Source: an uncultured delta proteobacterium (lineage in GTDB: Bacteria > Myxococcota_A > Polyangia > Polyangiales > JAFGIB01). Taken from it: a DNA stretch of 64,000 bases. The position numbers and the translations under genes were made by a program. Shown piece after piece: positions 49,301 to 59,488 of the stretch (the stretch's first letter is position 1; each line of letters begins with the position of its first letter). Where the stretch lies: contig CAVZVA010000010.1 of NCBI GenBank assembly GCA_963778655.1, forward strand, positions 1 through 64,000, given 5' to 3'. Below the pieces are notes generated by a model, which ran no database searches, was not told the DNA's origin, and worked only from the letters and a program-made list of their open reading frames with translations.

Positions 49301-50475
49301 ATGGCTTCGGCGGCCGGCTGCGGCAAGAGTCTACACAGCTGGTGATACAGCGCACGGGCCACTCCGAAGTGACCGATCGCGGCATCTCGAGCGTCCGCGC
49401 GCACGACCACGGCGCCGGCGAGCTTGGCCTCGATGGCGGTGGCATCGAGCATGCGCGAGCGCCCCGAACCCGGCACGCCATCAACGCACAGAGTGCCCCC
49501 CTCTCCGCGCGCTAGCGCAAGCATCCGCTTGCGTATCGCGATCAATGCAGCGTCGCGGCCAACAAGGCTCGGCAGCCTGAGATACGCGTGTGAGACCGCG
49601 TCGTGTTCGTCACTCGGCAGGGACGCGATTGCACACAGGCGCGACATCACCTCAGCCGCGTGTTCGGGCCGGGCGTTGCGGTCCAACGCAAGCATCTCGA
49701 TGACCAGCGCATCCAGCGCGGAAGGGATGTCCGCCACGAAGCGCGCAGGCCGCACCAACTGCGAGCGCCACATGTCCCGCAACTCGGCGATCGACCGCGC
49801 GGGATACGCGTGCCGGCCGCTGAGCAAGAAGTACGCAAGGGCTCCGAGCGAAAACAGGTCCACGCGCGAGTCGAGCGGTTGAAGCTGTAGCACTTCGGGA
49901 GCGACAAACGGTGGCGTACCGACCACGTCGACCGAGACTCCGTGCGAAGTCATCGCACCGAAGTCGATCAGCTTGGCGCGGCCGTCCGCGGTGCGGCGCA
50001 CATTGCGGGGAGAGACATCTCGGTGCAGCAAGCCGCGGGAGTGCAGAATTGCGAGCGAAGATGCCACGTCGCGAAGCACCGCGCACGCTTCTCGCCAAGG
50101 CAGGCGCCCGCCGGAGTCGAGGTCGGCGCCGCCGAGCAGCTCCATCGTGTAGTACGGACCCGAGGCGTCGACGCCATAGTCGTAGACCTCGATGATGCGC
50201 GGATGTCGCAGTTGCTCCAGGGTGTGATACTCACGCTGCAGAAGCAGACGCCCTCTCGCCGCTTTCGGAGTATCACCGCTCAACCCTCGCTTGAGTGCGA
50301 CGGCCATGCCGGTCCGCGTATCGCGTACCTTGTACACGGTCGCCATCCCACCCCGGCCGACCAGTCCTTCGACCAGATAGCGATCAGCAATCGTCTGCCC
50401 CAGCTCGCTCGTCTGCTGGCTCGCTACGACCACCTCACGATCGTCGCACTTTTTTCGGCAGATTTCAGGGGGCAT
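46381..50475 (-). CDS. Ser/Thr protein kinase - AAA/STAND-like ATPase - helical repeat protein (paralog 1)
   Basis: GRGGMATVY, VALK, HRDVSPRN, DFG, GTPPFVAPE; LVGRD, GVPGSGRS, IAVDDA, GNP; TPR-like C-terminal half. Confidence 0.9.
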   Translation of the reverse strand: MPPEICRKKCDDREVVVASQQTSELGQTIADRYLVEGLVGRGGMATVYKVRDTRTGMAVALKRGLSGDTPKAARGRLLLQREYHTLEQLRHPRIIEVYDYGVDASGPYYTMELLGGADLDSGGRLPWREACAVLRDVASSLAILHSRGLLHRDVSPRNVRRTADGRAKLIDFGAMTSHGVSVDVVGTPPFVAPEVLQLQPLDSRVDLFSLGALAYFLLSGRHAYPARSIAELRDMWRSQLVRPARFVADIPSALDALVIEMLALDRNARPEHAAEVMSRLCAIASLPSDEHDAVSHAYLRLPSLVGRDAALIAIRKRMLALARGEGGTLCVDGVPGSGRSRMLDATAIEAKLAGAVVVRADARDAAIGHFGVARALYHQLCRLLPQPAAEAIRLSTTLGGFLPEELPEQGRTTLPPSARDEAVMVRELRDFILTLCGSQRMVIAVDDADRIDERSAALLASLGHRAQRNRLLLVFSVDRNERALRSPALRMLYAGAVQVEIEELSAEHAELLMRSVFGDVPHLGLVATHIHGLSHGNPRAAMTLAQHLVDSNLARYEAGRWSLPTYIAERDLPPTLSASLSLRLSTLSQDARELCDALALADGDGATIPDYVMLTSHGDETRTFAALDELIAERVFSADGERYCFSQRAYVAVLCDEMPAERGRPIHSRLADWLASKGGGEIGGRAHHLFEAGRELEAIELLRTLEPRTTLPLPLLERAVEQALRHGLDTRTVLRLRTAIVTKASYVLARDSFWRHAPALLTQVENDCGLARYRELTHVAESVRLLQALQETQQRYERTEPTARGYAVSEAFQELARVVNAFCAMGMGGLDVGPIERLSELEPLFALSPGLDLIRKRIEIARAWVHGDTERCIQLQEQILERISQSDRCGLDEVKLAELVFGLNYGLGAIEAARGSMKAEKRAQLLESLPQTRGIAWMLRHVLALNQGDVTEARRCLRRADLHRLQLGLQGPPATLGAGIQLLAHARLGNLLGVKSAVDDLAVVAREHRGWQPVLLLGRSHQRRLQGDLEGALVQVEEALALVQSRGSLYFTPIAGAHLSLLNALGRDDEALNRARYYLERCDPQERGGSDTELSAAAAIALSRGGERDRAVRLLDNAIAHGCQIGRKGITLGLLYYARARLAIAMSERADFERFADLCADEFKRTKNPSMTAKLERLLQEAVRLELASELRSPHVQELLDMASVQSAYVTLQSRLDECFDTGDRARCALTLLLEHVRGFSGYLYGVYDGGVKLIAALPDDSADAGIDAWVHGHVLAECGPEVQADAASSQAPARRYTDQQGRIFEPVLLFGTRDGTELLAAVFVHQDAPDTQVSDRAFLHTLAEALLVHGDVSGVKVESVVTA

Positions 50476-50714
50476 TCACCGCCGCTAAGGCTCGGCGGCA
50501 CGCTCCAACTGCTCTCGCTGAGGCCGGCGAGGGCACACCGCGTCATACAGGTGTACGCGCCTGGCAGCGAAGTCCTTACATGCGACCAGTGAGGCTGGCG
50601 CACGGCGCCAAACGCACCGAAGCGCGCTTTACAAAGGAATTTTGGCGCCGCCGGGCCAACGGCCAATTGCCAACGCCAGCCCAGGTGATTGATTATCAAA
50701 GACCGCGCGCCTCG

Positions 50715-53700
50715 ATGCAGCCCAAAACTCAGAACCACGCCAGCGACCGCGCACCGGACGGCGCCGAGGCAAGCGCCCCGAGCCCTGCGCTGCGCGGACC
50801 CGAGGCCGGCCCGCTTCCCGACCGTATCGCGGGACGCTATGTCGTGCAGCGCGAGCTCGGCCGCGGAGGAATGGCGGTCGTCTATTCCGTCGTGGACGCT
50901 GTGAGCGCTCGAAGGCTCGCCCTGAAGCAGCTCGCCATGGCCAGCTCCAACCGCCATTTTGGGGAGCAGGCAGCGGCCTTCGAACGCGAGTTTCACACCC
51001 TGGTTCAGCTCTCGCATCCGCGCATCATCGAAGTCTACGACTTCGGCGTCGATGACGGCGGCCGCTACTACACGATGGAGCTGCTCGAGGGCGGGGACCT
51101 CAAGGAGCGTTCGCCTCTACCTTGGCGCGAAGCGTGCTCTTTACTCTACGAGGTCTGCTCTTCGCTTGCGCTGATTCATTCGCGGGGCTTGGTGCATCGC
51201 GATATCAGCCCGCGAAATATTCGCACCACCCGTGACGGTTCGGCAAAGCTGCTCGATTTCGGCGCGCTCGTTCCGATCGGTGCCACCGGTCAGATCGTTG
51301 GCACGCCGGCCTTTATGCCCCCCGAGGTCTTGCACCGTTCGACCTTGGACGGGCGAACCGATCTGTTTTCACTGGGGGCCACGCTCTACTACGCGTTGAC
51401 CGGGCGCTCTGCATTTCCCGTTCGAGAGTTTTCGCAGTTGCAGGACGCGTGGAGGGTTCGGCCGGTTCCGCCGTCGGCCTTGGCCGCCGACGTTCCACCG
51501 GCTCTCGACGCGCTCGTACTATCTCTGATCGGACTCGATCCCCAGCTCCGGCCGCGCACCGCGTTCGAGGTAATGCAGCGTTTGGCCGTAATTGCGGGCA
51601 TCAAGAGTAGCGAAGCAGACACTGTCACTCAGGCATATATTTCGAGCCCGGTGATGGTGGGCCGCGAAAGCGCGCTCGCCGCTCTGCGCGAGCGCATTGC
51701 GCTGGCGATCGCCGGCGGCACGAGCGGGGCGCTGATCAGCGGTTCGGCGGGAATTGGTCGTTCGCGCGTGCTCGACGTGTGCGCGCTGGAGGCGAAGATT
51801 GCGGGCGCCGCGGTCGTGCGTGTCAATGCGAGCGGCGAAAATGATCAGAGCTTTGTAGTGGCGCACGCGCTCGCAACGCAGATCGTCGAAACGCTGCCGG
51901 CGCTCGCGCTATCGAGCGCCCGGCGAGAGCGGGTGGTCCAGACCTTGTTCGATTCGGCACCGGCGGGGGATGTCGACGAACGCGACGGCACGCCGAGACT
52001 CAGGAACCTCGTTGGCCGCACCGGAGATCGCCCCGCGATTCTGGCCGCGCTCATGCGCTGGTTGTCGCGCGTGGCGAAGGAGCATCCGATTGCGATTCTG
52101 ATCGACGATGCGCAGCGAGTCGACGAGACGTCGCTCGCGCTGCTCGCGGCTCTCATCCTCGGAGAGAGTGGACGGCGGCTGGCGCTGCTTGCGACCGTGG
52201 AGACTTCCTCGCCTCGGGTCGCCGAGGGTTTGAGCGTCCTCAAGCGCGAGTGTATGCAGCTCGAGCTGGACGCGTTGAGCCTCGAGGATACGCAGGTGTT
52301 GCTGAGCTCGATCTTCGGCGACGTGCCGAACCTGGCCTTGATTACCGATCGCTTGTATGCGGCGGCCGCGGGCAATCCACGTGAAACCATGGAGCTCGTG
52401 CAGTCCCTGATCGCACGTGGCTTCGCGCGCTACGCCGACGGACGATGGTCGCTGCCCGAACGACTCGAGGCCTCGGATTTGCCGGCTACAGCGGCCGAAG
52501 CGTGCATGCGGACGGTCGAAGAGCTCTCGCCGCTGGCACGGCTGCTCGCGGAGGTGCACGCGCTCGCGATTCAACAGACGTTGAGCCGCGAAGACTATGC
52601 ACTCGCCGTGAGCGAGGCAACGTCTGCAGAGCTGGACGACGCGATCACCGAGTTGCTCACGCGGCACGTGCTCGCAAGCGACGGGCGGGCCTATGTGCTC
52701 GGACGACGCGAGTGGTCGACAGCGCTGATTTCGCGGCTCGATACGGCAACGCTCAATCAGCGGCATCGTATGCTCGCGGCTGTCTATGCCAAGGACGACG
52801 CGTTTGCGCTCGAGCGCGTACATCATTTGCTGAGCGGGGATCTCGAACAGCCCGCCCTCGACTTACTGGTCGTGGTCCTGTTGCTGACCGATGCAGAGAG
52901 CGATGGGGTCTTGACGCTCACGGCCATGGGCGTCGAGCGGATCGCGACCCTTCTGGACCGCGCTCTGACGAGCGCGGAGCGACTGCAGCGAGCGCCAAGG
53001 GAGATCAACCTGATTCGCCGCGCTCTGTTTGCGGCCAGTATCTACACAGATGAGGGGAACTACTACCGCACCGCGCCGGACTGGCTGGCGCAGCTCAAGC
53101 GGGATTCCGGCTTGCTCGACTACGAGGCGATCAACGACGCCGGAAGTCCTGGCGAGCGTTTGATGCGAGCCTTGACGCTTGCGGCCGAGCGTCACGCGGC
53201 GGCGCCCGAGCAGGACCGCGTCTACGATCCGGAGCAGGCGATCAAGCATCTTGTGTTCTATGCAGCGATTTCGATTGCGATCGGATCGCGCACCCAGGAC
53301 TGCGCACTGCTTCAGTCGTTGCCGGCGGTTCTCGAGCCCTTCGCGGTCTTGTCACCCCTGATTCACGCCATGTGGCAGAACGCGATTGCGACGCGCGAGT
53401 CCGTCAAAGACAGCAGACCGGAGCGCGCGCGTCAGCTCTGGTTGGACGTAGATTCAGCGCTTTCGAAGCTCAGCGCGACCGAGGTCACCTACATCAACGC
53501 TTTGCGCGGCGCAATTGCGTACGGGATCGGATTGGTCGAGGCCCGCCTTGGGATGAGCTCGGCGGAACAGCGCGCGCGGGCGCTGGAGGACGACCCGATC
53601 CAGAGGGTCAGCGGGACCTCGTTGCGGAGGGTCGCGCGCCTGCATCAGGGCGACTTTGAGGGCGCAGAGCGCTTTCGCAGGCAAGCCGAGCTGCTCGCGC

Positions 53701-54938
53701 TACAAGCCAATCAGCGCCAGATGTTCGTGAGCACGCTGTCTGCGGAGCTGGTCGCGTATGCGCTCGCAAGTGACTTGACTGGAATTCGCCAGTTGAACGA
53801 AGCGATCGAGCCGCTTGCAGCGCGCTTCCCGGGCTGGCTGGGGTATAAGCACTTGGGGGACGGCTACTTCGAACAGGCGCGAGGTCAATTCGAAGCGGCC
53901 TGCACGGCGTTCGAGCGGGGGTTGGCGGTCGCCGAGCCGGATCCAGGCCACCCGGAGCGATGTTTTGGGAGCTGGCCGCGACTGGCGGGCGGTTACATCG
54001 AGGCGCTCGTCAGCCTCGACCGTGCAGCGGAGGCCAAAGCCTTTGGCGAACGCGCGCTGCGGGTTTGCCGCGATCATGGCATTGATGCTTCGGCCGTCGT
54101 CATTCGCCGCGCGCTCGCGCTCGCCGAGGCAAAGCTCGGCGAATACGAGAAGGCCAGTGGGCGCCTCGAGGATGCCGTCCTCGACCTAAAGGCGTTGGAC
54201 ATTACCGGCCTGGAGCTCGGCGCCACGTTCGAGGCCCGGGCGAGGATCGCGATCTGGGCGGGCGACGAGCCCGCGATCGAGCGCTACGGCCGGCTCGCCG
54301 CCAAGGTGTACAGGCACGGCGAGCGCTCAACGCTCGGAGCGCGCTACGAACGTTTGATGGATGAAGCGCATCGATTGGGCGTCTTTGTGTTGCCCGAGCT
54401 CACAGAGCTCCATTCCAATGTGACAACGTCGCACTGGCGAGCCCCGGAGAGCACGCGTATCAAGATCAAGCGATCTCTAGCCGAAGTGCGGACTGCGAGT
54501 GAGCGCGCGGAGCGGGTGTTGGATCTGATTTGTGAGGCATGTGGTGCGCGGTCCGGGCACCTGTATCTGTACCAGGAGGGTTGTTTCGAAGCCGTTGCGT
54601 CGCGGGGGCAGCGTGCTCCCGAGGCGGAGCTTCGGGAAGTCGTGCAGAGGTACGTTTCGCAACAACTCAGCTCGGATGATTTCGCTACGACGATCGAGAC
54701 CGAGACCACGCCAGAGGCGTCGACCACGGCGCGGTGGCGCGATCAGGGGGGAGCGCTCTATCAGCTCATTCTCATGAGCACCGAGCGCGGGCGCGACAGG
54801 TTGTGCGCTGGGGTCGCGGTGCTCGAAACGAGCGGTGAGGTGATGACCAACCCAGGTGCTCGGCCATTGGTGACTGCGCTCACCGACGAGCTACTGCGGA
54901 TGGGCGACGCCAGCGGCGTTACAGACGTCGACTTCTAG
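50715..54938 (+). CDS. Ser/Thr protein kinase - AAA/STAND-like ATPase - helical repeat protein (paralog 2)
   Basis: GRGGMAVVY, LALK, HRDISPRN, DFG, GTPAFMPPE; MVGRE, GSAGIGRS, ILIDDA, GNP; collinear with paralog 1. Confidence 0.9.
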   Translation: MQPKTQNHASDRAPDGAEASAPSPALRGPEAGPLPDRIAGRYVVQRELGRGGMAVVYSVVDAVSARRLALKQLAMASSNRHFGEQAAAFEREFHTLVQLSHPRIIEVYDFGVDDGGRYYTMELLEGGDLKERSPLPWREACSLLYEVCSSLALIHSRGLVHRDISPRNIRTTRDGSAKLLDFGALVPIGATGQIVGTPAFMPPEVLHRSTLDGRTDLFSLGATLYYALTGRSAFPVREFSQLQDAWRVRPVPPSALAADVPPALDALVLSLIGLDPQLRPRTAFEVMQRLAVIAGIKSSEADTVTQAYISSPVMVGRESALAALRERIALAIAGGTSGALISGSAGIGRSRVLDVCALEAKIAGAAVVRVNASGENDQSFVVAHALATQIVETLPALALSSARRERVVQTLFDSAPAGDVDERDGTPRLRNLVGRTGDRPAILAALMRWLSRVAKEHPIAILIDDAQRVDETSLALLAALILGESGRRLALLATVETSSPRVAEGLSVLKRECMQLELDALSLEDTQVLLSSIFGDVPNLALITDRLYAAAAGNPRETMELVQSLIARGFARYADGRWSLPERLEASDLPATAAEACMRTVEELSPLARLLAEVHALAIQQTLSREDYALAVSEATSAELDDAITELLTRHVLASDGRAYVLGRREWSTALISRLDTATLNQRHRMLAAVYAKDDAFALERVHHLLSGDLEQPALDLLVVVLLLTDAESDGVLTLTAMGVERIATLLDRALTSAERLQRAPREINLIRRALFAASIYTDEGNYYRTAPDWLAQLKRDSGLLDYEAINDAGSPGERLMRALTLAAERHAAAPEQDRVYDPEQAIKHLVFYAAISIAIGSRTQDCALLQSLPAVLEPFAVLSPLIHAMWQNAIATRESVKDSRPERARQLWLDVDSALSKLSATEVTYINALRGAIAYGIGLVEARLGMSSAEQRARALEDDPIQRVSGTSLRRVARLHQGDFEGAERFRRQAELLALQANQRQMFVSTLSAELVAYALASDLTGIRQLNEAIEPLAARFPGWLGYKHLGDGYFEQARGQFEAACTAFERGLAVAEPDPGHPERCFGSWPRLAGGYIEALVSLDRAAEAKAFGERALRVCRDHGIDASAVVIRRALALAEAKLGEYEKASGRLEDAVLDLKALDITGLELGATFEARARIAIWAGDEPAIERYGRLAAKVYRHGERSTLGARYERLMDEAHRLGVFVLPELTELHSNVTTSHWRAPESTRIKIKRSLAEVRTASERAERVLDLICEACGARSGHLYLYQEGCFEAVASRGQRAPEAELREVVQRYVSQQLSSDDFATTIETETTPEASTTARWRDQGGALYQLILMSTERGRDRLCAGVAVLETSGEVMTNPGARPLVTALTDELLRMGDASGVTDVDF

Positions 54939-55163
54939 GCGGCTGGCCGGCGCCCGCCGGAATCGACCCGAGCAACCCGGATGACCGGTTTCCCCTACCG
55001 CGTCGCCCTCTGCGGCTTCCATGGCGGCCCACGCGGCGCTGCTTGCCGCATGGACAAGCGGGGAATTGCCAGTTAGAACGCGCGTCACCCCGGCTGCAGG
55101 ACGGGAAGGAGCTCCAGGGCAACCGAATCTAGGCCGAAACAAGCATCACGGAGCGTCGTTCAC

Positions 55164-58160
55164 GTGACAGCCAACACGGTACCATCGCTCCCCGCAGGCG
55201 ACCCCAGCGGCGCAACGACGCCCGCTTCAGGCATCGCGCGCGCAGTCGAGCACGCGGCCCACCACCTGCCCGCACAGGGGCCGATCAGCGAGTTCATTCA
55301 CCACAACACGCTCCACGCGTTCGAGGACGCGCCATTCGAAGACGCAGTCATTCACGCTGGTCGGCGTCTGGGCTGCGAGCCATTCCTGACGGAAGACGCT
55401 TACCGAGGCGAGCTGCGGCGTGGTCGCATCTCGCACCAGGATCTCGACGCCGTTCTGACGACAGAGCTCGGGGCTCGCGCCGAAGAGGCGGTGGTCGCGC
55501 AGGTGTCGCGCTTCACGCTGTGGCGCCGGATTCTGCTACACGGGATTCCAGAAGCGCGAGGCGCCAGCCTGCAGTGGCTGTTCGACGAGAGCAGCGCAGG
55601 CAGCCGCTTTCGCGAGGATCTGCCCGGTGACGCGCGGCAGCGGCTGTGCCCGGGCCAGGCCCACCCTCTGCATGAGGAGCGCCGACTCGTCGCCGCGCTC
55701 TGGGCAGCGTGCGTGAACGCCGTCGAACGCTTGCCGGTGCCCGCAGCCCCGGCTCCGACGGGTAGCGTGCGCCACCGGGACCTCCTGATCGCCGTCTCGG
55801 ACTTGGATCCGGACGAATGGACTCGGCCCGTGCTGATCCGCTTCATCGGTGCCTACCTCGACCAGGGCCTGGCTCACTGGCCGATGCCCGGGCGAGAGCG
55901 GGGAATCCATGCCTGCTTTCTGGACGTGTACGGGCGAGCTACCGCGCGACTGTGCGGAGCGTGGGCGTCGGGCCTGGTCGATCTGATTGCCGACGATCAG
56001 GCGTCCGGGCGAGATGGCGGCGCATCGCTCGTCCACTCGCTGCGGCAGCTGGGTGTGGAAGACCAAGAGTGGCAGGAGTTCCTCGTCACCGAAGCCCTCT
56101 GGCTGCGCGGTTGGGCGGGAATGGTGTGGCAGTTCGAGACGCGACCCGATCGCGGGCCGGTATTCGCGGTGCCTGCCCGCCTCGTGGACTATCTCGCCGT
56201 ACAGCTTCTGCTGTCCCGCGCAGCGCTGCGCCACGCGGCGCACAACGCACGCATCGACGTTCCGCTGGCCGAGCTGCGGGCGACCTTGAGAGCGAAACTT
56301 CCCCCGCCGGTCGCGCCCAGCGCGATCGAACGAGCATGGCCGATCTTCCAACTGTCTCAGCTCTGCGGGCTTCCTGCCGCGCTGGTGGCTGCGCTCAGTA
56401 CGGTCGACACGGCGAAGCTGGAGCTGGAGTTGGCCGCGATCGACGGCTTGACGCGGCGGCGCTTGCTTCACCTCGCCTACGAGAGACAGCTCCGCCACCG
56501 CTTCTACGACGCCCTCGCCGCCGACGGCCCGGAGCAGCCAGCGCGGTCTGCGAGCTTCCAGGTCATCTGCTGCATCGACGACCGCGAGGAATCCCTGCGC
56601 AGGCATTTGGAGGAGGTGGAACCCAGCGTGGAGACCTTCGGTGCGGCCGGGTTCTTCGGGGTTGCCATGTACTACAGGGGTGCGCGTGCCGCCCATGCTC
56701 GGCCGTTGTGCCCCGTGACGATCACGGCCGAGAGCTACATCACCGAAAGCGACGACGACCGCAGCGTGCCGGAGCTCGCGGGTCGCCTGCGCAGCGCGCG
56801 CAGGCGGGTTGCGGCAAGGGTGGACAGGGATATCCACGTCGGGAGTCGTACCTTCGGCCGCGGAGCGCTGATCACCGCGCTCCTGGGCGCCCTGTGGATC
56901 GTCCCCCTGGTCTTGCGCGTGTTGTTTCCTTGGTCCCGCCGTGGCCTGTCGCGCTTGCAACGTGCGCGCTCGAGAGGCGCCCCGGCCCGGCTGCGGCTCG
57001 ATCGCGTTTCCGGCTCGCCACCGCTGGGACAGCGCTTCGGCTTCACGGTGGAGGAGATGGCGGACATCGTTTGGGGCCAGCTCCGTCCGTTGGGGATCCT
57101 CGATCGGATCGCGCCGCTGGTGATCGTGCTCGGACACGGGTCGAGCAGCCTCAACAACCCGCACGAGTCCGCGCACGACTGCGGGGCTTGCGGTGGCGGT
57201 CGCGGTGGGCCGAACGCTCGCGCGTTCGCGCAAATGGCCAACGATCCGCGCGTTCGCGCCCGGCTGGCCGAGCTCGGCCTGAGCCTTGGCCAGGAGACCT
57301 GGTTTGTCGGTGGGCAACGCAACAGCGCCAATAGTGACGTCGAGCTCTACGATACCGATCTCGTGCCGGATGCCCTGCTGCCGCTGCTCCAGCACGCGCG
57401 CGCGACACTTGAAGTCGCGCGGCGACGCGAGGCGCATGAACGCTGCCGAAGGTTCGAGGCGGCTCCCCCTTCCTGGCTTCCCGACCAGGCTTCGCTGTTG
57501 CACGTGCAGACGCGCGCGGTGGACTTGGCGCAACCGCGCCCCGAATACGGACACGCTACCAACGCGGTGTGCGTGATCGGACGGCGCACGCGCACGAGGG
57601 GGCTGTTCTTCGATCGGCGGGCGTTTCTCGTCTCCTACGACCCGGTGCGCGATGCGGACGGGGCGGACCTTGCCCGCTTGCTCGCCGCCGTGGTGCCTGT
57701 CGTCGCAGGAATCAGCCTCGAGTACCTCTTCGGCTATGTCGATCCGACCGGATACGGCTGCGGCACCAAGCTGCCTCACAACGTCACCGGCCTGATCGGA
57801 GTCATGGACGGCGCTCAGAGCGACCTGCGCGCTGGCCTGCCGTGGCAGATGCTGGAGATCCACGAGCCCGTGCGGCTCGTGATCGCGGTCGAGACCTCGC
57901 CGCAACGGCTGCTGCGTATCCTGGAACAAGACTCGCAGCTGCGGCGGCTCGTGCAGGGACGCTGGATTTTCCTCGCCGCCCTCGACCCCGCGGCCAACCG
58001 GATCTCCGAGCTCGACGCCTCGGGCTTCAGACCGTACGTTCCCGAGCAGGCCGTCCCGGTCGTCGCCGGGAGCTCGCGCACACACTACGCTGGCCATCGC
58101 GGGCACCTCTCCTTCGTGCGGATCAGCCGGCCGGCCACGCCGAGCCAAGAGGCACCGTGA
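55164..58160 (+). CDS. dabA: DabA (DUF2309/UPF0753), beta-carbonic-anhydrase-like subunit of the DAB inorganic carbon transporter
   Basis: LPAQGPI..FIHHNTLH, CCIDDREES.RRHLEE, ETFGAAGFFG, GHGS.S.NNP, DCGACGG, LAQPRPEYGH, RRAFL.SYDP, TKLPHNV, DLR.GLPWQ, HEP.RL. Confidence 0.93.
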   Translation: MTANTVPSLPAGDPSGATTPASGIARAVEHAAHHLPAQGPISEFIHHNTLHAFEDAPFEDAVIHAGRRLGCEPFLTEDAYRGELRRGRISHQDLDAVLTTELGARAEEAVVAQVSRFTLWRRILLHGIPEARGASLQWLFDESSAGSRFREDLPGDARQRLCPGQAHPLHEERRLVAALWAACVNAVERLPVPAAPAPTGSVRHRDLLIAVSDLDPDEWTRPVLIRFIGAYLDQGLAHWPMPGRERGIHACFLDVYGRATARLCGAWASGLVDLIADDQASGRDGGASLVHSLRQLGVEDQEWQEFLVTEALWLRGWAGMVWQFETRPDRGPVFAVPARLVDYLAVQLLLSRAALRHAAHNARIDVPLAELRATLRAKLPPPVAPSAIERAWPIFQLSQLCGLPAALVAALSTVDTAKLELELAAIDGLTRRRLLHLAYERQLRHRFYDALAADGPEQPARSASFQVICCIDDREESLRRHLEEVEPSVETFGAAGFFGVAMYYRGARAAHARPLCPVTITAESYITESDDDRSVPELAGRLRSARRRVAARVDRDIHVGSRTFGRGALITALLGALWIVPLVLRVLFPWSRRGLSRLQRARSRGAPARLRLDRVSGSPPLGQRFGFTVEEMADIVWGQLRPLGILDRIAPLVIVLGHGSSSLNNPHESAHDCGACGGGRGGPNARAFAQMANDPRVRARLAELGLSLGQETWFVGGQRNSANSDVELYDTDLVPDALLPLLQHARATLEVARRREAHERCRRFEAAPPSWLPDQASLLHVQTRAVDLAQPRPEYGHATNAVCVIGRRTRTRGLFFDRRAFLVSYDPVRDADGADLARLLAAVVPVVAGISLEYLFGYVDPTGYGCGTKLPHNVTGLIGVMDGAQSDLRAGLPWQMLEIHEPVRLVIAVETSPQRLLRILEQDSQLRRLVQGRWIFLAALDPAANRISELDASGFRPYVPEQAVPVVAGSSRTHYAGHRGHLSFVRISRPATPSQEAP

Positions 58161-59488
58161 CCGCGCCTTCGCCGCTGCTGCAGGCCTCGGTGCTCGTGAT
58201 GTTGCTCGCGCCCCTGTCGCTGCTGGGCGTGCTCTCGGTCTCCGCGCTCTTCGGCCGTCGCCTGAACGAGACGGCCGTGGGGGTCCTGACGCGGCTGACG
58301 TTCGTAGCCGCCCTGCTCGCGGCGGTCATCGCGCTCGGTGATCGGCTCGCCCACCCGTCGTCGTCGTCGCTGTTGTCGTATGGCGAATGGCTCTCCTTCG
58401 ACGAGCACGCGTTCGCTCTGGACTTCGTGGTGGATGGCCTGTCGCTAGGCTTTGCCACGCTCGCGGTGGGGATCTGCGGCACCGTGGCGGCCTTTTCGTT
58501 CCGCTACTTGCACAGGGAGGCGGGCTTCCATCGCTACTTCGTGCAGCTGGCGATGTTCACGCTCGGAATGGAGTTGGTTGCGATCGCGGGCAGTATCGAA
58601 GTCCTGGTTGCTGGATGGGAGCTCTTGGGCCTGAGCTCGGTCTTGCTGGTGGCCTTCTTCCACGACCGACCTGCGCCGGTCACCAACGCGTTTCGCGTCC
58701 TGGCCGTTTATCGCGTCGGGGACGCAGCGATGCTGAGCGCGGCCGTGCTGCTGCACCATTGGGCCGGCAGCGGCAGCCTATCGCTGTTGTTTTCGAAATG
58801 GACGGTCTCCCCGGTCGAGCTCGCGCCGGGACAGGCGCTGGCGATCGCGCTGCTGATCCTGGTGGCGGTGGCCGCCAAAAGCGCGCTGCTGCCGTTCTCC
58901 GGCTGGCTGCCTCGAGCCATGGAGGGCCCCACGCCGTCCAGCGCCGTGTATTATGGCGCACTCTCCATCCACGCAGGCTGCTTCCTGCTGCTGCGTGCCG
59001 AGCCCTTGCTGGCAGGCTCCTGGCTGGCTCGACTGCTGGCCGCCCTCGCAGGCGTCACCACGGCCTTGTACGCCACGCTGACGGCGCGCGCGCAGACCGA
59101 TGCCAAGTCGGCCCTCTGCTATGCTGCGCTCACGCAGGTCGGACTGATCGTGCTGGAGATCTCGATCGGGTGGACCACGCTAGCATTCGTCCACATCGTT
59201 GGAAACGCTTCGTTCCGCCTGCTGCAGTTTCTCAGCGCGCCCAACGTCTTGCACGATCTCCACGAGCTCGAAGACCGCGTCGGGGATCGCGTCGTCGCAA
59301 GCTCCGGGGGCCGCCGGCCGTGGCCGACAACGCCGGGGCTCTACCTCTTCGCGCTCGAGCGAGGTTTCGCAGACGCGCTACTCGACCGGCTCGTGGTCCA
59401 CCCGTTCCAGTGGGTCGTCGGGTGGCTCGACCGCCTGGATCGGTGGCTGGTGGCCGCGCCGACCTCCCACAAGGGAGGGCCAAAGTGA
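58157..59488 (+). CDS. dabB: DabB-like NuoL/ND5-family proton-conducting membrane subunit
   Basis: FSFRYLHRE.G, GWELLGLSS.LL, YRVGD, KSALLPFSGWLPRAMEGPTPSSA..YG.LS.HAG, TQVG.I; GTG overlaps the dabA stop. Confidence 0.88.
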   Translation: MTAPSPLLQASVLVMLLAPLSLLGVLSVSALFGRRLNETAVGVLTRLTFVAALLAAVIALGDRLAHPSSSSLLSYGEWLSFDEHAFALDFVVDGLSLGFATLAVGICGTVAAFSFRYLHREAGFHRYFVQLAMFTLGMELVAIAGSIEVLVAGWELLGLSSVLLVAFFHDRPAPVTNAFRVLAVYRVGDAAMLSAAVLLHHWAGSGSLSLLFSKWTVSPVELAPGQALAIALLILVAVAAKSALLPFSGWLPRAMEGPTPSSAVYYGALSIHAGCFLLLRAEPLLAGSWLARLLAALAGVTTALYATLTARAQTDAKSALCYAALTQVGLIVLEISIGWTTLAFVHIVGNASFRLLQFLSAPNVLHDLHELEDRVGDRVVASSGGRRPWPTTPGLYLFALERGFADALLDRLVVHPFQWVVGWLDRLDRWLVAAPTSHKGGPK

